DNA from: Candidatus Zhuqueibacterota bacterium
GTDB lineage: Bacteria; Zhuqueibacterota; Zhuqueibacteria; Residuimicrobiales; Residuimicrobiaceae
DNA length: 64,000 bases
Assembly: GCA_963169875.1 (NCBI GenBank)
Contig: CAUJEL010000040.1
Location: 16,323 to 80,322, forward strand
Direction: 5' to 3'
The notes under the pieces are model-generated. The model saw only the letters and a list, made by a program, of their open reading frames with translations, did no database searches and had not been told where the DNA came from. Positions 19,873 to 31,626 of this stretch are shown piece after piece (position 1 is the stretch's first letter; every line of letters starts with the position of its first letter). The translations under genes were made by a program, and so were the position numbers.

Positions 19873-21120
19873 TCATTTCAATCCGACAACCTCTTCCACC
19901 CGCTCCAGCACCGGTTCCACAGCCTCGGGAATCTTGACCTGCGTCATCGCAGCGCCAACGTCCTTCAAACCATGGCCGGTGATGAGCAGGACGATCTGCT
20001 CCTTTGCATGCAATCGTGCATCTCCGGAAAGTCTCAGCAAAGCCGCGGCAACCGCCGCGGCTGCCGGCTCGGCAAAAATGCCCGTCGTCTCCGCCAGACT
20101 TCGCTGACCCCGCAAAATTTCTTCGTCCGAAACCGTGATCGAAAATCCCCCGGAATCCAGGACCGCCTGCCGCGCCATGGAGGCATTGCTGGGCGCGGAC
20201 ACGGAAATGGAATCCGCAATGGTAGTGGGCTGGTCCGCATTGCGATACACACCGGTCGCGATGAAACGATGGATGGCATCCGAGGTCTCGGCCTGCACCG
20301 CCACCAGCCGCGGCAGTTTTTCGATCAACCCCGATTCTCTCAGGTCATAAAAAGCTTTGTACACGCCGCTGATGATCACCCCATCCCCCACGGGCACGAG
20401 AATGACATCGGGAATTACCCCTGCATTCTGCTGGAAAATCTCGAATCCCACCGTCTTCTTTCCTTCAATGGTCAGGGGATGATAGGCGGTGTTGCGGTTC
20501 ATGCCCCCCCTCTTTTCGCTGTATTGCAATGAAAGACGAAAGGCGTCGTCGTAAGTGCCGTTGACGGGAATGACGCGCGCGCCGTGCAGGATCATCTGCA
20601 CCAGTTTGGCCCGGGGCGCCGACGCCGGCACAAAGATGACTGCATCGAGACCGGCCGCAGCGCATATAGCCGCCAGGGAACTGGCAGCATTGCCGGTTGA
20701 GGCAGCTACAATGGTTTTGGCGCCGATGCGGTTGGCCTCCGCCGCAACCAGAAAAGAGGCCCGATCCTTGAGTGAACCGCTGGGATTGAGGCCGTCGTTT
20801 TTGACAAAAACGTTGGTAAAACCAGCTAGTGCAGCAAATCGATCAATACGCGTGAATGGGGTATTACCCACCGCATAGGGCGGAAAGTATTTCGCCTCCA
20901 CTGCAGACCACAGCGTCCAGTCGATGGCTTTTCCTTGCAGCCGGGCGCGGATGGCGTCATAATCAAACTCAACCCGCAGCACGCCCGGCAGCGGCATGCC
21001 GGGCTTGTAGCCGGTGGCGCAGACCGGGCAGAGATAGGTCACCTCATCGCGCGCATAAGCGCGGCCGCACTGCGTGCAGCGATAGGCGAAGGGAATGCGC
21101 ACCGGATCACGCCTTGCCAT
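19873..21120 (-). CDS. Threonine-synthase-family PLP enzyme with an N-terminal zinc ribbon
   Basis: CTQCG...CPVC ribbon, followed by the NPSGSLKDR lysine motif (threonine synthase NPTGSFKDR). Its start overlaps the ygeY stop by 14 nt. Confidence 0.8.
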   Translation of the reverse strand: MARRDPVRIPFAYRCTQCGRAYARDEVTYLCPVCATGYKPGMPLPGVLRVEFDYDAIRARLQGKAIDWTLWSAVEAKYFPPYAVGNTPFTRIDRFAALAGFTNVFVKNDGLNPSGSLKDRASFLVAAEANRIGAKTIVAASTGNAASSLAAICAAAGLDAVIFVPASAPRAKLVQMILHGARVIPVNGTYDDAFRLSLQYSEKRGGMNRNTAYHPLTIEGKKTVGFEIFQQNAGVIPDVILVPVGDGVIISGVYKAFYDLRESGLIEKLPRLVAVQAETSDAIHRFIATGVYRNADQPTTIADSISVSAPSNASMARQAVLDSGGFSITVSDEEILRGQRSLAETTGIFAEPAAAAVAAALLRLSGDARLHAKEQIVLLITGHGLKDVGAAMTQVKIPEAVEPVLERVEEVVGLK

Positions 21121-22315
21121 TCAGCGTGGCCACCAGGGCGGCGTAAAACACCGCAGCGGCGCTGAGATGTTCGACAGGACACGCCTCGTTGACGGCATGG
21201 GCATAGACCTCATGGCCCGGTCCCAGCCCGAGGCAGGGAATGTTATTCATCCCGGCGATGGCGATGGCGTTGGTGCTGAAGGTCCATTTGTCCACAAGAG
21301 GTTGCTTGTTGAATACGCCCTGGTAAGCGGCAATGGCCTGCTGCAGATAGGGCGATTTTTCATCCAGTACCCAGGTTGGATAGTACTTTTCCGTTGGATA
21401 GATTTTTCCGGTATAGGCCGGCTCTTCATAGGTCAACACCATCACCTTGGCATCTGCTACGCCCGCTTGCCGCGCGGCTTCCTCAACTTCGGCGACGGCG
21501 CTCTCTTTGGTTTCACCCAGCGTCAGGCGCCGGTCGAGATGAATCGAGGCCGCGTCGGGCACGGCGCACAAAGACGGCGATGCGGAGCGCGTCTCGGTCA
21601 CGGTGATGGTGCCCTTGCCGAGGAAGGGGTCGAAGCGCAGCCGTTCATTGAGCTTTTCGATCTCCAGCGCGATGCGCGCCACCTTGTACACGGCATTGTC
21701 GCCGCGCTCCGGCGCCGAGCCATGGCAACTCACGCCCTTGACCTCGACGCGCATCTCCATGCGGCCGCGATGGCCGCGATAAATGTTCATGTTGGTGGGC
21801 TCGGTGATGACCACCAGTTCGGGCCGGATTTTCTCTTCCTTGATCAGGTACTGCCAGCACAAGCCGTCGCAATCCTCTTCCATCACCGTGCCGGTGAAAT
21901 AGATGGTGAACTGGTCATTCAGTCCCAGTTCCTGGATGATTTTTGCCGCATAGACCATGCTGGCCATGCCGCCTTTCTGGTCCACGGTGCCACGGCCCCA
22001 CACCTTGCCATCTTTGATGAAAGGCGTGAACGGATCGAAATCCCACTGGCTGAGATCGCCGGGATAGACGGTATCGATATGCGCGTCGAAAGCGATGACG
22101 CGGGGACCATGGCCGATGCGGCCGACGATGCTGCCCAATCCATCGATGCGAATTTCGTCGAATCCCACTTTTTCCATCTCGCTTTTGATGACCTGGATGA
22201 CGGCTTCTTCCTTGCTCGAGAAAGAGGGCGTGGAGACCAGGTCCATGAGGAATTCCACGATCTCATTTTCGAGTTCCCGGGCGCATTGTGAAATTTGCGA
22301 ATGGTATGAATCCAT
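21107..22315 (-). CDS. ygeY: M20-family hydrolase YgeY (selenium-metabolism-associated peptidase family)
   Basis: M20 metal ligands in HIDTV, GTVDQKGG and EEDCDG. Overall similarity by eye to E. coli YgeY. Confidence 0.85.
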   Translation of the reverse strand: MDSYHSQISQCARELENEIVEFLMDLVSTPSFSSKEEAVIQVIKSEMEKVGFDEIRIDGLGSIVGRIGHGPRVIAFDAHIDTVYPGDLSQWDFDPFTPFIKDGKVWGRGTVDQKGGMASMVYAAKIIQELGLNDQFTIYFTGTVMEEDCDGLCWQYLIKEEKIRPELVVITEPTNMNIYRGHRGRMEMRVEVKGVSCHGSAPERGDNAVYKVARIALEIEKLNERLRFDPFLGKGTITVTETRSASPSLCAVPDAASIHLDRRLTLGETKESAVAEVEEAARQAGVADAKVMVLTYEEPAYTGKIYPTEKYYPTWVLDEKSPYLQQAIAAYQGVFNKQPLVDKWTFSTNAIAIAGMNNIPCLGLGPGHEVYAHAVNEACPVEHLSAAAVFYAALVATLNGKA

Positions 22316-22702
22316 TTGTATACTTCTCCTGTTCTGGTATTCACCTGATGCGGTGTTAACGATGGACGTAATCGTAGTTCAGTGCACCCATAGGGCGCGG
22401 GCATGCAATTACTGTGGCCCAGTTTACAAAGAATCCGATCATTCGTTGCTCATCGCCTAAATATAGCCCAAATAGTATTTTTTTTCAAGTCCTTTATGAT
22501 GCATTTTTGATCTTTGGGTCAATGACAACACCTCGCCGCTCCGTCGTCCAGCTTACCTGTATGAAAAACCTGTTCGTATGGAAATAATGCATTCCCTTTT
22601 TGGGCCGCCCATTCCGGATACATTTTTTCCAGATTTGCCTTGACTCATATCTCCTGATTGGCTATTTTTCATAAGGGTTATCACGTAAAATGGAGAAATG
22701 GA

Positions 22703-25594
22703 ATGGGGAAAAAAATTCTGCTAACAGGAGATGTAGTCGTCGATCATCATATTTATACTGGTGAGCGCACCAAAGCTTCAATGACGGGCCAACGGGGCGT
22801 CAAGACCGTGCGGGAGCTCGGCGGCGCCAATAATGCAGTAAAGCTGATCAATGAGATGATCAACCAGGCGGTTGAACACAATTCCCAAGAGATGAAAGAA
22901 TTGCAGGCGAATCGGGATCGATGTCTGAAAGCCAGAGACGAAGCCAAAAAAGATTATGAAAAAATGATCAAAGCAGGCAAACCGGAGACCTGCATCGCCA
23001 AAAAGGCAAAGGTCCTCGAGATCGCCGAAGAAAATCTCGACACTGCTGCAAAAAAGCTGCAAAAAAACACATCAGCGATTGAAGAGGGCTGGTCCGTAGA
23101 GTATGCGCTGGAACAGCCGAATTTGCACGAAAAACCCTGCGGGCATCATGCCTTTGCCGTGTGGAAACCGTGCGCCCTATGTCCTGAAAAGAAAGATACA
23201 AAAGATAAAGTCTGGAGAGCGGCCCCCCTGTTGGGCTATGGCCACGAAACAGCCTTGAATCCTTGCGACATTCCGGAGGCTCAACCTTTTGTCCCCACCC
23301 CTAAACCCAAGGGGAAGGAACAGGATATCCTGGTGATCGATGACGCCGGCACAAGTTTCCGCACAGAAAAACACAAGGCCTGCTGGATGCTGCCATCACC
23401 CCAAAACAGCAAACCCGAATGGATTCTCCTGAAAATGTCCTCGCCAGTCTGCCGCGGCGATCTCTATAATGAATTAATCAAAAATTATAGTAAGAGATTG
23501 ATTGTCCTGGTCTCAGCCAAAGAGCTTCGGTTGGAACACGTGAATATCAGCAATGGGCTCTCATGGGAATTGACGGTCGAAACCCTGCGCGACTCGCTGC
23601 ACCGCAATCCGCTTCTCAAGGAACTTGCTGAATGGTGCAAACACCTGATCATCATCTTTTCCGGTGATGGCGCCCTGTGGCTGGACCGCACCAAAGTCGG
23701 CAAACCGAGGGCGACCCTGGTCTATTCGCCGGGGAGTATCGAGGGGATGTCAACGGAGGACTGCGAAGGTGAATCCCTGGGATACATGGCCTGCATTATC
23801 GCCGCGCTGACGCGCGAGATTATCGCCATGCAGCAACGTATCGGCGAAAAAGAAAAGGAACAATCACCGCATTTTGATCAAGCCCTCAAGGCTGGACTCG
23901 GCGCCATGCGCGATCTGCGCTATAATGGCCACGGCATTGTTGGTCAGCCGGACTCCGCTGCCGGATTCCCGGCTGCACGGTTGGCCAAGGAACTCCTAGC
24001 AGGCACGAAGGTATTTAAAGAGGCCTTTGTTCCCTGGAGCGACGCGGAGATTCGCCAAGCCGGCAGCTGGTCCATCCTGGAACAATCCCAACGTCCGGTC
24101 GATCAGGACATCCGGCCCTCCCTGATCGGGCTCGCCAAATTGGCGACCGTGATGGGTACGGTGGCCCTGGAAAAATATCCGTTTGCGCGATTTGGCAATT
24201 TGTTCACCGTTGACCGCAAAGAGATAGAATGCCTGCGCGCCATGCGCAAACTCATGCGTGAATACAAAAATGGCGACCAGAAAAAACCGCTTTCCATCGG
24301 CGTATTCGGTCCGCCGGGTGCGGGAAAATCCTTCGGCGTCCGGCAAATTGCCAATGAAATATTTGGCAAGGAATCCTGGATTGAATTCAATCTGTCCCAA
24401 TTCAATGATGTGGAGGATCTGACCGGCGCCTTTCATCAGGTTCGTGATGTGGTCCTCGGCGGCATCACGCCTGTCGTGCTCTGGGACGAGTTCGATTCGC
24501 AGCAGTATAAATGGCTGCAGTATCTGCTGGCCCCCATGCAGGACGGCAAATTCCAGGAAGAACAACTCACCCACCGCATCGGCCGCTGCGTTTTCGTTTT
24601 TGCCGGCGCCACCAGTTTCAGTTTTAAAACGTTCGGCCCCAAACCGGCGCAAGAGGGTTGGACTAATTTTAAGCTGGCCAAAGGCCCTGACTTTCACAGC
24701 CGGCTGGATATCTATTATAATGTGCTCGGTCCCAATCCACGACTGCTCTCCGAAGCTCCTGATTCAGACAAGGCAGATCCCATGGATAAATGCTATCCCC
24801 TGCGGCGAGCCATCCTCCTGCGCAGTTTTCTCATGAAAGATCCTAATAAAATGCTGGATATTGACAACGGCCTGGTCTCCGCCCTGATTGAAATTCCGTG
24901 GTACCGGCACGGCGCGCGTTCTCTGGAAAAAATTGCGGATTACCTGAAACCCAGGCAGAAGGGAGATTCCGTACGTTGCTCTGCGCTGCCAGCGCCCACC
25001 ACCTTGGCCATGCACCTCGCCGCTGAAATCAACAGGGCGCTGCAGGACGAGACGGATGAAAACCAGGGCGTGGCAAAATTCTACGAGCTCGCAAACCAGG
25101 ACATGAAATTCAAAATTCCGGCTGTTACCGAAAAACTGGCGCCCGCCATTCATGAAACCTGGCGCGAACTGGGCAGGAAAGAAGGCTGGCTGAAGAAGCA
25201 GAATGACGTTGATTACAAAAAACTTTCGGAATTTCTTAAAAACTCCAACAAGGCCGCCGCGCAGCGCATGTCAGATATCCTGAGTTATGTGGGTTTGCGT
25301 CTGCAGCCGGGCGCCGCCACGCCGGCGGAGAGAGAACTGGTGCAAAAGTATCTGGAGCATCACGTGGAATTGCTGGCCGAACTGGAGCACATCGGCTGGA
25401 AGAATTGGCATGAGGCGCAGGGCTGGAAGTACGCTGCTGTACGCAATGACGCCAACCAGGAACATGATTGTCTGAAGGACTTTGATGAACTGACCGAAAA
25501 GGATAAAGGCAAAGACCGGGAACAAGTTCTGCACTTTCCGGATTTTGCGGAAAAAGGCGGATTAAAAATTGTCTTCGCCGTAGCGGCGAAATAA
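22703..25594 (+). CDS. Multidomain protein: N-terminal PfkB/ribokinase-like domain (tentative), central P-loop AAA+ ATPase, two C-terminal RyR-like domains
   Basis: GGAGA RBS 6 nt upstream of the ATG at 22703 (MGKKILLTGDVVVDHHIY...GGANNAVKL, PfkB-like N-terminus). Walker A GVFGPPGAGKS at 24301-24340; Walker B VVLWDEFD at 24472-24495. RyR-like repeats at about 25140-25270 and 25380-25530 (NWHEAQGWKYAAVRND...DELTEKDKGKDRE). Confidence 0.8.
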   Translation: MGKKILLTGDVVVDHHIYTGERTKASMTGQRGVKTVRELGGANNAVKLINEMINQAVEHNSQEMKELQANRDRCLKARDEAKKDYEKMIKAGKPETCIAKKAKVLEIAEENLDTAAKKLQKNTSAIEEGWSVEYALEQPNLHEKPCGHHAFAVWKPCALCPEKKDTKDKVWRAAPLLGYGHETALNPCDIPEAQPFVPTPKPKGKEQDILVIDDAGTSFRTEKHKACWMLPSPQNSKPEWILLKMSSPVCRGDLYNELIKNYSKRLIVLVSAKELRLEHVNISNGLSWELTVETLRDSLHRNPLLKELAEWCKHLIIIFSGDGALWLDRTKVGKPRATLVYSPGSIEGMSTEDCEGESLGYMACIIAALTREIIAMQQRIGEKEKEQSPHFDQALKAGLGAMRDLRYNGHGIVGQPDSAAGFPAARLAKELLAGTKVFKEAFVPWSDAEIRQAGSWSILEQSQRPVDQDIRPSLIGLAKLATVMGTVALEKYPFARFGNLFTVDRKEIECLRAMRKLMREYKNGDQKKPLSIGVFGPPGAGKSFGVRQIANEIFGKESWIEFNLSQFNDVEDLTGAFHQVRDVVLGGITPVVLWDEFDSQQYKWLQYLLAPMQDGKFQEEQLTHRIGRCVFVFAGATSFSFKTFGPKPAQEGWTNFKLAKGPDFHSRLDIYYNVLGPNPRLLSEAPDSDKADPMDKCYPLRRAILLRSFLMKDPNKMLDIDNGLVSALIEIPWYRHGARSLEKIADYLKPRQKGDSVRCSALPAPTTLAMHLAAEINRALQDETDENQGVAKFYELANQDMKFKIPAVTEKLAPAIHETWRELGRKEGWLKKQNDVDYKKLSEFLKNSNKAAAQRMSDILSYVGLRLQPGAATPAERELVQKYLEHHVELLAELEHIGWKNWHEAQGWKYAAVRNDANQEHDCLKDFDELTEKDKGKDREQVLHFPDFAEKGGLKIVFAVAAK

Positions 25595-25655
25595 CCCCAT
25601 CAAAACGTGCTGCATGTACGATGAGGGCGATCCGCTGAACGGGTCGCCCTTTTTT

Positions 25656-26981
25656 CTACAGCCTCTCCCACAACGCCGCCACCCGTTCTCTCGCCCGGAG
25701 ATAAACCTCTCTCTCATCCAGATCCAGCAACAGTTTTTTATCCCGCATCAGCACCCTGCCCGCCACGATGGTCGTATCCACCGTTGCCTGCGACACCCCG
25801 AATACGATCTGCCCCATCCAGTTTTCTTGATGGAGCGGCGTCGCGGGATCATAATCGACGAATATGAGATCCGCCGCAGCGTCCACCGCGATCTCTCCGA
25901 GGGGGGCAGCAAATATCCGCCGGGCAATTTTTGCGTTATGGAGCAGCAGCGCAGAGACCGCTGCATCAAATCCAACGGAGGGATTGTTATGCAGAAAATG
26001 CTGACACCAGATCGCCGCGCGCACCTCTTCGCTCATGCGTGTGGTCATGGCGTCGGTGCCCAGGCCGACCAGGATTCCGTGTTTCTGCATGGCAACAATA
26101 TCGGCGATGCCCACGGCGTTGTTCAAATTCGACTGTGGATTGTGCACCACGGCCGCGCCGGACTGCGCCAGCAGCGCCATCTCTTTTTCGTCGACCTGCA
26201 CCGCATGCGCGGCGATGGAACCGGGCACGAGTATACCCTGCTCGTATAAGCGCTCCACCACGCCTTTTCCATATTGCGCCCGGGTGTATTCCTGATCAGC
26301 GATGGATTCCGCCACATGGATGTGAAATCCCGTGCCAAGGCCGCTTCCCAGCCTGGCCGCCGCTTTCAATGTGACATCGGTTAGCGTGAAAGAGGCATGC
26401 AAGCCGAAAAGAGCCTTTATGAATGGATCGTTCCGTTCTTTACAGGCCAGGATAAAGTCGCGGTTCTCTTCCAGTCCCTCCTGCGTCGCCCGGGCGCCGT
26501 CGCGGTCGGAGACTTCATAGCAGAGACAGCCGCGCAAGCCGGTTTCGCGAAAAGCCCGGGCAATGGCGTCGAGCGACCCGCGGATGGCGCAGGGACTGGC
26601 GTGATGATCGATCAACGTGGTGGTGCCGTGACGGATCGCCTCCAGCAGCACCACCAGGGCGCTGTAATAGCAATCCTCCAGACTCAAGGCTTTATCCAGG
26701 CGCCACCACAAATTCTTCAAGACCGGGAGAAAAGATGAGGCCGGCTCGGTTTTGGTCAATCCCCGCGCAAAGGTGCTGTAGCAGTGCATGTGGGCATTGA
26801 TAAAGCCGGGCAATACGATTTTACCGGAAGCGTCCAGTTTCTGATCGGCTTTCCGGTTCACAGAGGCGGCAATTTCCCGGATAAGGCCGTCTTCAATATA
26901 GATATCCTGATCGTTCAAGACGCGGCAAGATGCGCCCAGCGTGATGAGCGTCGCATGGGTGATGAGCAAAGAATCGGACAT
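25656..26981 (-). CDS. ssnA: Amidohydrolase SsnA (chlorohydrolase/deaminase family)
   Basis: PGFINAHMHCYST and HVAES metal-binding motifs. Length matches SsnA (441 aa). It lies directly downstream of the ygfK-like gene, as in E. coli. Confidence 0.85.
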   Translation of the reverse strand: MSDSLLITHATLITLGASCRVLNDQDIYIEDGLIREIAASVNRKADQKLDASGKIVLPGFINAHMHCYSTFARGLTKTEPASSFLPVLKNLWWRLDKALSLEDCYYSALVVLLEAIRHGTTTLIDHHASPCAIRGSLDAIARAFRETGLRGCLCYEVSDRDGARATQEGLEENRDFILACKERNDPFIKALFGLHASFTLTDVTLKAAARLGSGLGTGFHIHVAESIADQEYTRAQYGKGVVERLYEQGILVPGSIAAHAVQVDEKEMALLAQSGAAVVHNPQSNLNNAVGIADIVAMQKHGILVGLGTDAMTTRMSEEVRAAIWCQHFLHNNPSVGFDAAVSALLLHNAKIARRIFAAPLGEIAVDAAADLIFVDYDPATPLHQENWMGQIVFGVSQATVDTTIVAGRVLMRDKKLLLDLDEREVYLRARERVAALWERL

Positions 26982-26990
26982 AAATCTCCA

Positions 26991-29477
26991 TCAACCTTCA
27001 TGAAGCGCGGCGTGCTCCGCGGCTGTGCGCTCCCGCATATAAATCGCGCCGCTGAAACACTTTTGCGCGCACAGCGAGCAGCCGACGCAGCGGGCCGCGT
27101 CAAAATGCGGCATCCGTTTCTCGTCCAGCGCAATGGCCTGATAGGGACAGCGCGTGCAGTTGCCGCAGTGCTCACACAGGGCGGCCTCCACGGCGGGAAG
27201 CATCTTACGCGAGGTCAGCGTCTCGAACGGCGTCACCGGATTGGGCAGCGCCGAGCCGATCAGCTCACGCACCGAGCGCAAACCGCGCGCCTGCATCAGG
27301 AAACTGAGACCGCTATGGAGATCATCGACGATGCCATAGCCGTATTTCATGACGATGGTGCAGAATTGTACGGTCTCCGCGCCCAGGGCGAGAAAATTCG
27401 CCGCGGCTTTGTAATGCATGGGGCCGCCATTCCCCGAAACCGCGATCCCCATGCCCGCCACTTTGGCCAGGGTGAGATTGCTGATGGGCAGCACACCATC
27501 GCCGGACATGCCGACAACAACTCCTTCTTCCCAAATACTCCCCGCATTTTTTCGAAAAGCCATCGCTGGAAAACTGTTGGCCAAGGTGACACCGGCCCGC
27601 TTCTCAGGATGGCGCCGCAAAACTTCCTGGATGCTCTCGATGATCGGCCGGATGGCAGTTACCGCTGCAGTGAGCTTGAACAATTTGGGCACCGCGCCGT
27701 CGCCGCTCTGCAGCACCCACTCGATGATCTTTGCGGTCAATTCGGCGACCTGCGACACCACATCGCCTCTGGTGCCGTCGCCCCCCTGGGGGCAGGAGAG
27801 GCTGTACTCGATCCCCATGGTGCCGGCCGCTTCCAGTTTGCGCGTATTGGATTGCCAGACTTTGCGGTCCGCTTCGTCGTGGCCGGTCACGGGTCCGCCG
27901 GTGGAGGCCATGGTGAGCCGGTCCGGGAACTCGCTGACGAGCCGTTCCACCTCGCGGCAGACGCGATCGAGTGGGTGGCCGGAGACGTTGTCGCAGTTGC
28001 CATAGGTGGTGGGCGCCAGCACAAACATATAGGATCCGGGGATGTGGATGGGGACATTGTCAAAGGCGGTCTTCATCACGGCGCCGGCCCAGCCTTTTTC
28101 ATAGGCCATCTTCATCTGGGCGTAGCCGTCCGTGTGCGGTGCGGCTGAAATCAGAAAGGGAGAATTAATCTTGCGGCCAAAAAATTCAGTCTCCAGGGGC
28201 ACCGGCCGCAGATTTCTGCCCGCCAGAATGGCGTATCCCTTGGCGCGGTTTATAATCCTGGGCTTTTTTTCTCCGCGGATGAATGCATCGGCTTCCAGGG
28301 CGGCGTTTTTGCCCGAAGCAACCGACTCCACCACGGTCGATGATCCCAGGACGAGATCGCCGGCGTAGAAGACGCCTTTTGTTTTTTGCACCGGAATGCC
28401 GGCGCGGCTGCCGATGGCAGCAATGACAAGGTCAAAACTACGGAACTGCGGGCGTTCGCCGGGGATGGGGATGAAATTTTGCGGCGACGGCGGCAGGCCG
28501 GGCGGGAGCATCATTTTTTCCAGCCGCAGGCCAATGACCCGGCCCTGGCGCACAACAACCTGCAAAACCCGGGAACAGGTCGAAACTTCGATGCCATGGC
28601 GCAGCAGCAAATCTCTTTCATATCCGGTTACCGGCATGTTTGCAAATTTACGGCGGTAAATCAATTCGACATGACCTGCACCGCGACGTCTGGCGCTAAC
28701 TGCACAATCGACGGCCACGGCGCCGCCGCCGATCACGGCAACGCGCTGGCCTTTGAGATCGGTCTGTTTGCTGTTTTCAAGAAAAGAGTGCCACGGCAGC
28801 GCCGCTCCATCGCCTCTGACGCCCAATCCAATAGGGTGATCAAGACCGCTGCAGACCACCACCGCATCGTAGGCGCCTGTTGTCAGAAGCGAGAGCGGAT
28901 CAGCAACCGGTTTATGCACCATGGTGATGTTACCGAGGGAGAGAAAAAAACGGAAATCCGAGTCCAGCACTTTTTTATCGAGGCGGAAATCGGGGATTAG
29001 GCGGGCGGCACCTCCGCCCTTGCGGTTCTGTTCATACACTTCAACCTTGTAGCCTTTTTGCGCCAGCACCGCCGCGGCGCCGATGCCCGCGGGGCCGGCG
29101 CCGATGACCGCCACGCGTTTGCCATTGGAGGCCATGGGATCAAAAGCGGGAAGACCAAATTCTTTGGCTTTGCGGATGATGGTCGCTTGTACCGAGGGAA
29201 TGTTCACAGGAGTGGTAAATTTGGCATGGACACAGGCGGCCATGCAGAAAGAGTCGGGGCAGACCAGTCCGCAGACACCGCCAAGCGGGTTGGCGGCCAT
29301 GATGAGCGCTGCGGCGCGCTGGAGATCTGATTTCTCGCCGACGCGCGCCGCCATGATGAAATCCGCCGGCGAGCAGTGCGCCGGACACGCTTCACGGCAC
29401 GGCTTTTCTTCGCAGTATTCGCATTTTTCCAACTCGGCCTTGAGTTGGGCGTCGGTCAGGAATCCCTCTTTTTTCAC
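26991..29477 (-). CDS. ygfK: YgfK-like / dihydropyrimidine-dehydrogenase-like oxidoreductase (FAD/NAD(P) domains, DHOD-like TIM barrel, 4Fe-4S clusters)
   Basis: N-terminal Cys cluster, VAVIGAGPAGIGAA and VAVIGGGAVAVDCA dinucleotide folds. C-terminal ferredoxin motif CEHCGNCTRCPYQA...CVGCSLCAQKC. Confidence 0.8.
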   Translation of the reverse strand: MKKEGFLTDAQLKAELEKCEYCEEKPCREACPAHCSPADFIMAARVGEKSDLQRAAALIMAANPLGGVCGLVCPDSFCMAACVHAKFTTPVNIPSVQATIIRKAKEFGLPAFDPMASNGKRVAVIGAGPAGIGAAAVLAQKGYKVEVYEQNRKGGGAARLIPDFRLDKKVLDSDFRFFLSLGNITMVHKPVADPLSLLTTGAYDAVVVCSGLDHPIGLGVRGDGAALPWHSFLENSKQTDLKGQRVAVIGGGAVAVDCAVSARRRGAGHVELIYRRKFANMPVTGYERDLLLRHGIEVSTCSRVLQVVVRQGRVIGLRLEKMMLPPGLPPSPQNFIPIPGERPQFRSFDLVIAAIGSRAGIPVQKTKGVFYAGDLVLGSSTVVESVASGKNAALEADAFIRGEKKPRIINRAKGYAILAGRNLRPVPLETEFFGRKINSPFLISAAPHTDGYAQMKMAYEKGWAGAVMKTAFDNVPIHIPGSYMFVLAPTTYGNCDNVSGHPLDRVCREVERLVSEFPDRLTMASTGGPVTGHDEADRKVWQSNTRKLEAAGTMGIEYSLSCPQGGDGTRGDVVSQVAELTAKIIEWVLQSGDGAVPKLFKLTAAVTAIRPIIESIQEVLRRHPEKRAGVTLANSFPAMAFRKNAGSIWEEGVVVGMSGDGVLPISNLTLAKVAGMGIAVSGNGGPMHYKAAANFLALGAETVQFCTIVMKYGYGIVDDLHSGLSFLMQARGLRSVRELIGSALPNPVTPFETLTSRKMLPAVEAALCEHCGNCTRCPYQAIALDEKRMPHFDAARCVGCSLCAQKCFSGAIYMRERTAAEHAALHEG

Positions 29478-29795
29478 GTTTTACGTCCCGTCTTGACACT
29501 GGTAAATAGGAGCGTGTTTGCATGAATATAGCGGTTTAATATATGGAGATCAAGTTTTTTATATGCTTCGTTGTACGGATACGCCCACCCCGATTCGGTG
29601 CCTGCACGCCAGTTCGGCAACCTCCGGGGTGGCACAACACCAGTTTAATTGTCCCATTAACATCGAATCGGGCACTCATGCAATTTCATGCATTTGCATA
29701 ATTTAGCTTGACTTGATTGCCTTTTATCTTTATAATACAGTACTTGCTTATACGAATCAGCAGCCGCTGTCTTGCCTGATATTTCTTCCATGTAG

Positions 29796-31289
<1,494 letters not shown>

Positions 31290-31626
31290 AAAACGGGGCT
31301 GCCTGCTAGGTGCCTAAAAATGGTCTGAAAGGCCGCAAGCTATCTGCCCACGCCGCACGGACTTGCCGAAAATAGCTTCAAAAGATGAATCTGTTTGATT
31401 ATTGCTGGTTTTTATAAAGGAATTAAAAGCAACATCACAAACAAGCCAAAGCTTGTACTCAAACATATTCAATAAATTAGGAGTGCTTGTTTAAGTTCAG
31501 CCTTTGAGCTGGACCATGTGATCTCACTCTTTTATATTCACAAATGCCATCATATTTGAGGATATTCCCATTCAGAGCTTGTTTAAACGGGTATCAATCT
31601 CTCTGATCATCTGATCCTTTCATTAG

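Noticed and set aside
21095-22291. 398-aa + ORF
   Set aside because: Antisense of ygeY.
26784-28148. 454-aa + ORF
   Set aside because: Antisense of the ygfK-like and ssnA genes.
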